Notes under the pieces: model-generated | What the model saw: the letters and a program-made list of their open reading frames with translations, nothing else | Database searches by the model: none | Told to the model about the DNA's origin: nothing | Source of the DNA: a virus | Lineage: Duplodnaviria > Caudoviricetes | Length of the DNA: 52,801 nucleotides | Reading direction: 5' to 3' (one strand) | IMG/VR virus record: IMGVR_UViG_3300032322_002582 | Span: 1 to 52,801 of that record | Shown: positions 37,901 through 46,603 of the stretch, in pieces | Layout: the number at the start of each line of letters is the position of its first letter | Numbering within the stretch: the stretch's first letter is position 1 | Translations under genes and position numbers: made by a program

Positions 37901-40900
37901 CTCCCTAGAAAAAGACACTGTATCGTTGAAAATATTGGATGCTAATGGTCTTGAGAGATCGAAATATGGTATATTGGTTGATAACTTTTCAACGAAAGAT
38001 GCACAAGCAACAAGACAAGATGTTGGATTCGACAACAGAAATCTTGTTGATAGCGGAGAACTGAAGCCTGCTTCTCTTATGAGAACAATAGGCCTTTCAG
38101 CTAATACAGTTCAATCCTCTGGCAACACAAAATTTAGTGGCGTTGGCACAAAGAAGGTAATGACACTAAACTATTCATCTAAGAATTTTATAGTTCAGCC
38201 TTATAGTACCAAATCTATTCCTATTGCAGATGCACTTTTTGCGAACTTTAAAGGCAATTTGAAACTATTCCCAGAATTTAGAGGTGAAGTTGAAACAGGA
38301 CGAACAGCCAAAGTAACCATGAATTCTGTTCAAGGTTTAGATAATGCATTACTTTTCATTAATGATGCGTTCAAATATATTGCAGATAATGTTCCTCAGT
38401 GGAATTTAGATAAAAATAGTCCTTTTGCACAAATCGCGGATTCTAAGTGGTATCAAACAAAAGTAGACACAACGTTTGTGAATAGCACACAACATTTAGG
38501 TGGTAGAGCATGGGGTGTTATAGAAACGAGAACTGATACTGCGACGAACTTTATTGCTGCTGGAGCACAATTAAGTCAGAGACAGATTGGAGTATCTTCT
38601 TCTGAAGTTGATTTGGGTTCTTTTGTCACAGATTTGGCGATTCAGCCTTATATGAAAGCAGGAGATACGATAACATTTTATAGTGAGAATTTAAGACCAC
38701 AAACTAAATTCTATTATTATTTCGATGATGTTTCTGTTGAAAAGCATGTTATATATGCTAATAGAATCACATTGAACACAAGTTCACAGTTGATTCCTGG
38801 TGAGAGGGTAATAGTCGCTAATAATTTCACACAAGTTGGCACATATTTAAATACCTTAAAAACTAATCCTAATCTGATTCCTGGTGCTATTGTTGGCGCG
38901 AATGAAGTTGGAAGCGCGAATGTGACAATCAATACAAGTCACAATTTAAGTGGTAAAGTTTTATATGGTGTTGACAGTGGAAAATCATATACTGTATCGA
39001 CAGTTAATCAACACTTTAGTGGTTTTGGTTATATCGCTGGTAATCAATTATATTTGGCAAATGCTGATCCATTCATGATATCGAATGATGCTTCATCTAC
39101 TAATGATGTTTATAATAATATGGAAGTAAATATCATGACTCAGAGTGGTGGACAGTATAATGGTTATTTTGATAACTGGTTCACTATAAGTGATTATGAT
39201 GGAACCACTAAAGTTGCAACACTATCAACATCTTCAACATATACAGGAAAAGTCCTTTATAATATTAGAGGTGATGCTAAATCTAATAAACTTGGTCAAA
39301 TTTCTGGAACATTCTGTATTCCACCAGCAACATTTAGATCTGGACAAAGAACATTTAGAATAACGGAATCATTCAATAATACCTATGATGCAGATTCTAT
39401 TTCGTTTGCAGATAAGGTATATACTGCATCAGGAATAGTAACCAACAAAACAACCTTAGTTGATACTGTTTTCAATGTCGATGTTGATTATAAAATTATT
39501 GGTCAACTTACATCAGATAGAGTTATTTCAGTTTCAAGTTCTTCATCAAATAGAGTTGTTTCATCTTGGCTAACTGATCCTCTCGCACAGACGTTCTTTG
39601 TTGATCCTCAAGTTTATCCTAATGGATTATTTTTAGATAATGTCGATCTATTCTTCAAAGGAAAAGATTTCGGAAATATTCCTGTTAGAATACAAATACG
39701 TCCAACAGTCAATGGAACACCAAGTTCAGATTTCTGGTATCCAGAATCTGTTGTTACACTTTATCCTAATCAAGTTAAAATAAGTGAAACACCTTCGGTT
39801 ACAGATTCGACAACATCAACAAACTTTAAGTTTGATACTCCTGTTTTCTTGAAGCCAGGACTTTATGCTTTAGTTGTACTGACTGATTCGCCACAGTATA
39901 TTCTTTGGTCGGCACTCAAAGGTTCTACAACTAAAAATAATGAATTTATGGGTACAAACAGTTACATAGGAACACTGTATAAATCACAAAATACTATGGA
40001 GTACGTTCCATTTTTAAATGAAGATTTAATGTTTTCGATTAATAGATGTTCTTTTGATACTAATAACAGTGCGATTTATATTTTTGACAATACGCTTCCA
40101 TCTTCAACGTTTAATGTTGATAGAATAAAATTCGGCGTTCAAGAAATCAAACCTCTGATTAACGATGTTGCGGTGGCGAACTATTCTTTTGTTTCTAAAC
40201 CAAAAAATGGTTCATTGGAAACAACCTATACTGAGTTGAGTCCTTATCAGCTATACTCTTTTGGTGACGATTTAAAATATTCTATCGGATTTAGAAGAAG
40301 AGAAATTTCAAATATAGGTGATATTAAACTGAAAGTTGAAATGTCAACTTCGTCCGACCACATATCTCCATTAGTTTCCATGGAAGGAATATATGTCAAT
40401 CTTTGGGAAAATTTCATAGATAATGCACCTATCAGCAGTGAAGATTTTACTATTGTTTCAGGAGGCTCTGGATATACGAATTCAAATACCGTAATTATTA
40501 CAAGCTCATCGGGTTCAGGAGCAACTGCGAATTTGTCTGTTGATGCGAACGGTAATGTTATAGCAATATATGTTTCTTCAGGCGGTTCTAATTATTTGGA
40601 TGATTTTACAATAAGTTATCCGAATACTGCCACCGATGCTAATGTAAAAGCAAATGCTGTTATCGTCTTGAACAGTGAATATGATGAATCGGGAGGTCCT
40701 GCCGATGCTCGCTACATCACTAAACCAATTAAATTAGCTGATGGTTTCGATGCTGGCGATCTGAGAGTTTTCCTGTCGGGCAATAAACCTGGTTTAACAG
40801 AAATTAGTGTTTATTACAAAGTATTGAATCAATTCGATTCGACGCCATTTAAAGAGAGACCATATCAAAAAATGGTTTGTGTAAATCCGAATATAGTTGC

Positions 40901-41099
40901 ATCAAAAACGAATGAGGATTATGTTGACTATGAATATAGACCTTCCGAACTAGAAGATATTATCACATATACTTCATCGGATGGTGTGACCTATGATACA
41001 TTCAAAACGTTTGCGATAAAAATAGTTTTGACTTCTAGCGATCCCACAATAGTTCCTAAAGTTAAAGACTTGAGAATTATTGCTTTACCTGCAGGTTAA
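34902..41099 (+). CDS. Large virion structural protein (DUF4815/VrlC-like)
   Basis: PYYDDFD..K.F.RVLFRPG..VQARELTQ.Q, RTYDESG.Y, RYTMRDI..IE.R, DPLAQTF, DLR.IA. Confidence 0.85.
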   Translation: MTTLFNYDPYYDDFDEDKNFMRVLFRPGYSVQARELTQLQTILSNQIEKFGNHIFKSGSPIVGGKISLDRKANYIILQNQYSGVDIDLTQFRDKTIESYNNSKLVRAQVIAIDDTTGSPTLVIKYLSGDRFSEAEDIRVYGQDVFATLRNTNATGGSFVASIQEGVYYFKGQFVKVNPQFLVIELFYRTGTSSTINLSPSYKIGIEFEEKIVDEIDDNSLLDPAQGAFNYQAPGANRFQITTTLTKRTIDSSDTSSFFEVIRIVDDIKTKEIDYPIYSEIEKTLSRRTYDESGNYTVDPFVISLEEGDEANGKFDVVLDPGKAYVGGYEFQTISPTKIELNRSRDVGKAIGYEFIPNYENSIVLENIFGSLDISTYPELDVHCVPRANVDLTTTAKYNSTKIGTLNASMMRYNDSDTTTLGNTHSFIVNVFNANTTPITGTLSPGSHTSTRIFLPTDLSPNVTNAYANMYFSITDGLGTILSPILITSSNSTTINLSSSLSFVPSANAIRIQSDFKNAKGLTRYNGTALTFGANVHTDSIESTTGFTFIEEPKRNSKIFDIPYDAIKAGTISNLEYYAVKYYGGKTSDAGGLITINSEGTDTFPFSGVPGVISDSLIIDNIICIVDSSETANVQYGIYPGRVLSLANNNFTVTAISTQQFTINLTVPSVTVDLLIKSKVNNANNTNSGTIRGKQLIPLITGYDLHSKVAFEMGGADTLEDANTTTNTPFTGGMIFQDIGATNYTGSTILTELRTPGKVVSLQVPDVVEIVRITDSQNQSVNVTTAMLSSDAYDITDSYEFDNGQRNTHYDHATIKLKRGYPAPKGRLYVQYNYLKHSSAPSPQNDGIFTVDSYLKAGSNFTYDEISYYSNLEESRLVSLRSAFDFRPTRDIGGTSISGAINPHPLDTLNVNFDYYLPRIDQIVIKPSREFSIVSGKPGIRPVPSSIDEQDMLIYTLYIPAYTESVKDIRADFKNHRRYTMRDIDSIENRIRQLEYYVALNSLEKDTVSLKILDANGLERSKYGILVDNFSTKDAQATRQDVGFDNRNLVDSGELKPASLMRTIGLSANTVQSSGNTKFSGVGTKKVMTLNYSSKNFIVQPYSTKSIPIADALFANFKGNLKLFPEFRGEVETGRTAKVTMNSVQGLDNALLFINDAFKYIADNVPQWNLDKNSPFAQIADSKWYQTKVDTTFVNSTQHLGGRAWGVIETRTDTATNFIAAGAQLSQRQIGVSSSEVDLGSFVTDLAIQPYMKAGDTITFYSENLRPQTKFYYYFDDVSVEKHVIYANRITLNTSSQLIPGERVIVANNFTQVGTYLNTLKTNPNLIPGAIVGANEVGSANVTINTSHNLSGKVLYGVDSGKSYTVSTVNQHFSGFGYIAGNQLYLANADPFMISNDASSTNDVYNNMEVNIMTQSGGQYNGYFDNWFTISDYDGTTKVATLSTSSTYTGKVLYNIRGDAKSNKLGQISGTFCIPPATFRSGQRTFRITESFNNTYDADSISFADKVYTASGIVTNKTTLVDTVFNVDVDYKIIGQLTSDRVISVSSSSSNRVVSSWLTDPLAQTFFVDPQVYPNGLFLDNVDLFFKGKDFGNIPVRIQIRPTVNGTPSSDFWYPESVVTLYPNQVKISETPSVTDSTTSTNFKFDTPVFLKPGLYALVVLTDSPQYILWSALKGSTTKNNEFMGTNSYIGTLYKSQNTMEYVPFLNEDLMFSINRCSFDTNNSAIYIFDNTLPSSTFNVDRIKFGVQEIKPLINDVAVANYSFVSKPKNGSLETTYTELSPYQLYSFGDDLKYSIGFRRREISNIGDIKLKVEMSTSSDHISPLVSMEGIYVNLWENFIDNAPISSEDFTIVSGGSGYTNSNTVIITSSSGSGATANLSVDANGNVIAIYVSSGGSNYLDDFTISYPNTATDANVKANAVIVLNSEYDESGGPADARYITKPIKLADGFDAGDLRVFLSGNKPGLTEISVYYKVLNQFDSTPFKERPYQKMVCVNPNIVASKTNEDYVDYEYRPSELEDIITYTSSDGVTYDTFKTFAIKIVLTSSDPTIVPKVKDLRIIALPAG

Positions 41100-41100
41100 A

Positions 41101-41334
41101 ATGAAAGTACAAGTAGAAGGAACAAATTTTGTCAAAGACACGAACACGGGAGCATTGTTAATGACTTCTAAAAATGCGCTTATTGAAAATGAAGCAAGAA
41201 AAAAAATATTAGAAAGAGCCCAAAGAAAAGATGAAGAGATAAATAAATTGAAAAATAAAATTGAAAATATCTCTTCTGATATTAAAGATTTAAAAGATTT
41301 ATTGCATACCTTACTGACACAGAGTAAACGATAA
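41101..41334 (+). CDS. Small coiled-coil protein
   Basis: MKVQVEG...VKD..TGA followed by a heptad pattern; AGGT RBS. Confidence 0.75.
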   Translation: MKVQVEGTNFVKDTNTGALLMTSKNALIENEARKKILERAQRKDEEINKLKNKIENISSDIKDLKDLLHTLLTQSKR

Positions 41335-44300
41335 TGCCTATAACAAATATTACAAGAGTAAATACGATTGATGAATGGAGAATTCAGACCAATCAATCGG
41401 CAAACGCTATCAATAATATTGAAGTTGGAAATTTTAATAAAACAAATGGCACTTTGTTTATAACATCCAATGGCGCTCTTTCTATAACCGCAGAAGGAAC
41501 AGCATTTTCAGTTGCTAATGCTGCACTTTTTTCAACAGATGTAACGATTGGAAAAAATTTAGTTCTCGGAGCGAGCGTATCTGAAACAGGTAACTTGACT
41601 GTAGGCGCAAATGCACTTTTCTATGGTAAGGGAACAGGACTATTTGTAGCCAATAATGCTACAATTAATAATAATCTCCAAGTAACACAGACTATAAGAA
41701 CTAATAACATTACTGCGAATTCAAATGTAACCATTTTGAATTCTCTAGATGTTTCTAAGACTGTCAAAACAGCAAATTTAGTTGTTATCGATGATGCTTT
41801 AGTTTCCAAAAATTTATCGGTCAGTGGAAATGTTTTAGTTTCAAGTGGAATACAAACAACAAGTAATACAACTGGAGCATTGCGAGTTGATGGTGGTGTT
41901 GGTGTTACGGGCAATATCTTTGTTTCGCACTTAAATGCAATAAATTCATTAGTAGCAGACACAGCCAGAATTGCTTCGAATACTACTGGTGCTCATTTTA
42001 TAGCATCAGGATCATTAGTAGCAGACACAGCCAGAATTGCTTCGAATACTACTGGTGCTCATTTTATAGCATCAGGATCATTAGTAGCAGACACAGCCAG
42101 AATTGCTTCGAATACAACAGGTTCACACTTCATAGCATCAGGATCATTAGTAGCAGACACGGCTAGAATTACTTCTAATACTACTGGTGCTCATTTTATA
42201 GCATCGAATTCTCTAGTTGGTGGCACAATTAGATCCACCGAAACGACAGAATCGACAAGTAATTCAACGGGATCCATGGTAACTCCTGGTGGTCTTGGTG
42301 TTTCGAAATCTGCATTTATCTCTGGTAATCTCACTGTTAAAGGTGATGCTGCTGGTGCCGTTAATACATCAGTTCTTGTATCCATCGGTGATCGAACATC
42401 TAATAGTGCTGGTAATGTATTTGTTTATGCTGCGAATACTCTTAATGGTGGCGCCAACGGCTCTTTAACAGTACAAGGAAATTCTACTGTTACTGGCAAT
42501 TTGAATTTGGGTAGTGATGAGAGAACAACATCTGTAACAAGCGGCGCATTAAGAGTTTCTGGAGGTGTTGGTGTAACAGGAAATGTTTGGTCTTCAAACT
42601 TGGTATCCACGGGTGCAATTTATGGAACAACAGGAGTACATGATTCTGGAATAAGAGTTGTTAGAAGTGTTACTCCGTCTTCTCCAATAGTATCTTCAAT
42701 ATCAGATGGATCTTTATCAGTATCTCATGCAACTTCAGGAGTAACGGCAGCCACTCATGGATCAAGTATACAAGTACCTGTTTTTGTTGTAAACGATACA
42801 GGACATGTTTCAGCAGTAACAAATACAACAATACGTTCAGCAACAACTTCACTGACAGGCGTAGTTCAACTCGATACAACTGAAGGAAGTACGAGCGAAA
42901 CTACAGTGGTAGTGTCGAATGTAGTTACAACTGCCAATACCAAGATGAAGAGTTATGTTGATGTAGCAAATACTAGAATGCAGTCTTATGTTGACGTAGC
43001 CAATACCAACATGAAGAATTATGTTGATGTTGCAAACACTAATCTCAAAAGTTATGTTGACGTAGCCAATACCAACATGAAGAATTATGTTGATACTGCT
43101 AATACTAACATGAAGAGTTATGTTGACGTAGCCAATACCAACATGAAGAATTATGTTGATACTGCTAATACTAACATGAAGTCCTATGTTGATGTTGCTA
43201 ATACTAACATGAAGTCCTATGTTGATGTTGCTAATACCAACATGAAGTCCTATGTTGATGTTGCAAATACGAGAATGCAGTCTTATGTTGACGTAGCCAA
43301 TACTAGAATGCAGTCTTATGTTGACGTAGCGAATACCGGTCTGAAAAGTTATACAGATGCGTCTTTTGTCAAATTAACAAGTCCTACACAAACCATCACT
43401 GGTTCTTTAACTGTTTCGAGTGATTTGGCCGTACAAGGAAAACTTTCGGTTGCAGGAGATTTTGTCTTAACTGGTGATATACTTTATGATACAGATGCAT
43501 TAACTATTAGCACAACAACTCCTGTTACAACGACTGGTGCTGCATATTTCGGTGTTTTTAGAGGTAACGATAAAGGTGGTGTTAATGGTGGCTCAGGAGG
43601 AACAAACTCTAATGCTAATGCATATATTAGATGGACAGCTTCTTCAAACACTTGGCAAATTAGAGATGTTTTCAATAATGATCTATCAACAAGTTATACC
43701 AATATCTTAACTACAAACTCCATTAGTAGCTCATTAACTTCCACAAGTCAGACGGTTGCATTAAGTTCTGCTGGAGCAAAAACATTAAGTGAAAGTATTG
43801 TTACAGCAAATACCAACATGAAGAATTATGTTGATACTGCTAATACTAACATGAAGTCCTATGTTGATGTTGCTAATACTAACATGAAGTCCTATGTTGA
43901 TGTTGCTAATACCAACATGAAGAATTATGTTGATACTGCTAATACCAACATGAAGAATTATGTTGATGGTAATTTCTTAAAAGTTTCTGGTACGGGCACA
44001 ACACAGACTATCAGCAGTGACGTTAGTGTTACGGGAAATCTCACTGTCACTGGTACATACACAACTGTAAATACGGAAGAAATAAATTTAGCTGATAATG
44101 AAATATTATTAAATTCTAATTTAGCTCAAAATCAAGCACCATCACAAGATTCAGGAATCTTAATCAATAGAGGAACACTAACAAATGTTTATATTCGTTG
44201 GAATGAGACTATTGATTCTTGGGTAGCAAATAATGGTTTATCTGCAAATGAATTTAGACTAGCCAATACTACAAAATATCTAACAGAAGACACCAATCTT

Positions 44301-46262
44301 TATTTTACTACACAAAGATCTAGAGAAAGTGTTAGTGCATCTGCACCTTTGAATTATAATTCTTCCACCGGTGAATTTACACACGCAACAGCAGGCACAG
44401 CAGGAACACATGGATCAGCAAGTAAAGTTCCAGTATTTGTAACTAATGCCACAGGGCATATTACGGGTGTAACCAATACGGATATTGCAATTTCCTACAC
44501 TGCTGTTAGTGGTCTAGCTGGATCAGCAACAACAGATACAAGAAACGCTGACAATATTAGTTCAGGAACATTAAGTGTAGACAGATTAGCAACTTCTGGT
44601 GCAACTGCTGGAAGTTATGGTAACGCAGCAACAATTCCAAGAATTATTGTTGACGCTAAAGGAAGAATAACTGATGTTGTCAATGTTGCGGTGTCAATTC
44701 CTTCCGGCTCGGTTACTGGTCTAGCCGGATCTGCAACAACAGATACAAGAAACGCTGACAATATTAATTCAGGAACATTAGCTTTTGCTAGATTGTCAGA
44801 TTCCGGTGCGGCCGCTGGAAGTTATGGTAACGCAGCAACAATTCCAAGAATTATTGTTGACGCTAAAGGAAGAATAACTGATGTTGTTAACGTAGCAGTA
44901 TCGATTCCTTCCGGTTCGGTTACTGGTCTAGCTGGATCAGCAACAACAGATACAAGAAACGCTGACAATATTAGTTCAGGAACATTAAGCGCAGATAGAT
45001 TAGCGAGTGTTTCTGCTGGAGTGTCAGGTGTTTATGGCGGTAATGCAACATCTGTCGCTGTTACTGTAGACACTAAAGGAAGAGTAACGGCTATAGAAAA
45101 TAAATCTATAGTGATTCCTTCATCTTCAGTTACTGGTCTAGCCACATCAGCAACAACAGATACAACAAATGCTAATTTTATTAGCTCTGGAACATTGAAT
45201 ACTGCTAGAATGGCAGATTCGGGAGCGGTCGCTGGAAGTTATGGCGGCAATGGAACAAACTATCCAAGAATAGTTGTTGATGCTAAAGGAAGAATTACTT
45301 CTGTAACTAATACTACTATATCTTTTCCAGCAGAAGCGGATACTCTACAAACAGTAACAACACGAGGCGCAACAACTGATCGCGCTGTACAATTTACAAA
45401 TGGAACAGCATCAACTTCATCTGCTACAGGTGCAGTGCGTATCAACACTGGAGGTCTTGGTGTAGGTGGTAATACATTCGTTGCTGGATTAATTAACAGT
45501 GGTGCCACCGCGCCTCCTGTAACATCATCTACAGGTATATTCGACAATGGTAATAGAGTTGCAAGTTCAAATACTCTTCCTATACAGTTAAATAGAACCA
45601 CTGGAAATATTTCTCATGCGGCAAGTGGTGTGACTGCTGGAACATACGGAACGGCTAGAAAAGTACCTCAAATTGCAGTTAATGATACAGGTCATATAAC
45701 ATCAATAACTGCATTAGATATAACGACTGCAACTATTACAGCAGGAACTTATGGAAGCGCATCTCAAGTTCCAGTCGTTCAAGTTGACAATCAAGGATTT
45801 ATAACAAGTATTACCAATCAATCTATTTCGTCTTCTAATCAAGATTTAAATACAACCAATGATGTTCAATTTAAATCTCTAGGTATTGGTGTAACAGCAT
45901 CTGGAGTAACTGGTCAAATTAGAGCAACAGCGGATATAATATCTGTATTTTCATCCGATAGAAAATTAAAAGAGAATATTAAAGATATATCTTCTCCTTT
46001 AGAAAAAGTCTCGGCTATTGGTGGAAAAACATTTGATTGGAAAGATGAATATATTGAAGAGAATGGTGGGGAAGATGGTTATTTTATTAACAAATCTGAT
46101 TTTGGTGTGATCGCTCAAGATGTTCAACAAGTGTTTCCTTTGGCTGTAAAAGAAAGAGAAGATGGAACTTTAGCTGTTGATTATGTCAAATTAGTAGCAC
46201 TAGCATTTGCTGCTATTAAAGAATTGAAGAATGAAATCGATGAATTGAAGAAAAAGGAGTAA
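41334..46262 (+). CDS. Long tail fibre protein with C-terminal peptidase S74-type intramolecular chaperone
   Basis: 1642 aa, S/T/G-rich repeats; SSDRKLKENI...FDW...GVIAQDV...VDY.KL...AIKEL. Confidence 0.9.
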   Translation: MPITNITRVNTIDEWRIQTNQSANAINNIEVGNFNKTNGTLFITSNGALSITAEGTAFSVANAALFSTDVTIGKNLVLGASVSETGNLTVGANALFYGKGTGLFVANNATINNNLQVTQTIRTNNITANSNVTILNSLDVSKTVKTANLVVIDDALVSKNLSVSGNVLVSSGIQTTSNTTGALRVDGGVGVTGNIFVSHLNAINSLVADTARIASNTTGAHFIASGSLVADTARIASNTTGAHFIASGSLVADTARIASNTTGSHFIASGSLVADTARITSNTTGAHFIASNSLVGGTIRSTETTESTSNSTGSMVTPGGLGVSKSAFISGNLTVKGDAAGAVNTSVLVSIGDRTSNSAGNVFVYAANTLNGGANGSLTVQGNSTVTGNLNLGSDERTTSVTSGALRVSGGVGVTGNVWSSNLVSTGAIYGTTGVHDSGIRVVRSVTPSSPIVSSISDGSLSVSHATSGVTAATHGSSIQVPVFVVNDTGHVSAVTNTTIRSATTSLTGVVQLDTTEGSTSETTVVVSNVVTTANTKMKSYVDVANTRMQSYVDVANTNMKNYVDVANTNLKSYVDVANTNMKNYVDTANTNMKSYVDVANTNMKNYVDTANTNMKSYVDVANTNMKSYVDVANTNMKSYVDVANTRMQSYVDVANTRMQSYVDVANTGLKSYTDASFVKLTSPTQTITGSLTVSSDLAVQGKLSVAGDFVLTGDILYDTDALTISTTTPVTTTGAAYFGVFRGNDKGGVNGGSGGTNSNANAYIRWTASSNTWQIRDVFNNDLSTSYTNILTTNSISSSLTSTSQTVALSSAGAKTLSESIVTANTNMKNYVDTANTNMKSYVDVANTNMKSYVDVANTNMKNYVDTANTNMKNYVDGNFLKVSGTGTTQTISSDVSVTGNLTVTGTYTTVNTEEINLADNEILLNSNLAQNQAPSQDSGILINRGTLTNVYIRWNETIDSWVANNGLSANEFRLANTTKYLTEDTNLYFTTQRSRESVSASAPLNYNSSTGEFTHATAGTAGTHGSASKVPVFVTNATGHITGVTNTDIAISYTAVSGLAGSATTDTRNADNISSGTLSVDRLATSGATAGSYGNAATIPRIIVDAKGRITDVVNVAVSIPSGSVTGLAGSATTDTRNADNINSGTLAFARLSDSGAAAGSYGNAATIPRIIVDAKGRITDVVNVAVSIPSGSVTGLAGSATTDTRNADNISSGTLSADRLASVSAGVSGVYGGNATSVAVTVDTKGRVTAIENKSIVIPSSSVTGLATSATTDTTNANFISSGTLNTARMADSGAVAGSYGGNGTNYPRIVVDAKGRITSVTNTTISFPAEADTLQTVTTRGATTDRAVQFTNGTASTSSATGAVRINTGGLGVGGNTFVAGLINSGATAPPVTSSTGIFDNGNRVASSNTLPIQLNRTTGNISHAASGVTAGTYGTARKVPQIAVNDTGHITSITALDITTATITAGTYGSASQVPVVQVDNQGFITSITNQSISSSNQDLNTTNDVQFKSLGIGVTASGVTGQIRATADIISVFSSDRKLKENIKDISSPLEKVSAIGGKTFDWKDEYIEENGGEDGYFINKSDFGVIAQDVQQVFPLAVKEREDGTLAVDYVKLVALAFAAIKELKNEIDELKKKE
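41946..42212 (+). repeat. Four 66-nt coding tandem repeats (SLVADTARIASNTTGAHFIASG)
   Basis: First two copies essentially identical in DNA. Confidence 0.92.
42933..43361 (+). repeat. Thirteen 33-nt coding tandem repeats (ANTNMKSYVDV)
   Basis: Counted from translation and DNA. Confidence 0.95.
43806..43970 (+). repeat. Five further 33-nt ANTNMK(S/N)YVD repeats
   Basis: Same unit as 42933..43361. Confidence 0.93.
44511..45320 (+). repeat. About four 207-210-nt coding repeats (GLAGSATTDTRNADNI...VDAKGRIT)
   Basis: Unit starts at 44511, 44718, 44925 and 45135. Confidence 0.9.
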
Positions 46263-46264
46263 AA

Positions 46265-46597
46265 GTGGCAGCATTTTCAGAAATACTAATTGAACAGGGT
46301 GCTACTTTTAGTACAACAATAAATGTTGAAGATGTGAATGGATTAGCTATAAATTTATATGCTTATAGCGCATCATCACAGATGAGAAAATCCTATTATT
46401 CTTCATCATCAACAGTAATTAAAAGTGACATAACAGGAACATCAAATGGTGAAATAACTCTTTCTATGACTGCCGCAAACACATCTCTTCTTTCACCAGG
46501 AAGATATGTTTACGATTTGAAAATAACATCTCCAACAAATATTGTCACGAGGGTTGTAGAAGGAATAGTGACTGTGCTTCCGTCAGTTACAAGGTAA
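46265..46597 (+). CDS. Small virion structural / fibre-associated protein
   Basis: GTG start with AAGGAG RBS; IEQGATF, SQMRK.Y, GRYVYD, RVVEG motifs. Confidence 0.75.
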   Translation: MAAFSEILIEQGATFSTTINVEDVNGLAINLYAYSASSQMRKSYYSSSSTVIKSDITGTSNGEITLSMTAANTSLLSPGRYVYDLKITSPTNIVTRVVEGIVTVLPSVTR

Positions 46598-46603
46598 TGC
46601 TAA

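Noticed and set aside
41334-41900. Canonical N-X-S/T sequon enrichment
   Set aside because: About 10 of 28 Asn in the first ~180 aa, not clearly above expectation for such an S/T-rich protein; the AN dipeptide bias is the stronger signal
42933-43970. 33-nt repeats as a CRISPR array
   Set aside because: Head-to-tail units with no unique spacers, in frame inside a CDS, with mostly synonymous or conservative variation; no cas genes
44511-45320. Diversity-generating retroelement TR/VR pair
   Set aside because: Repeats are in-frame tandem units, differences are not adenine-specific, and no reverse transcriptase is present
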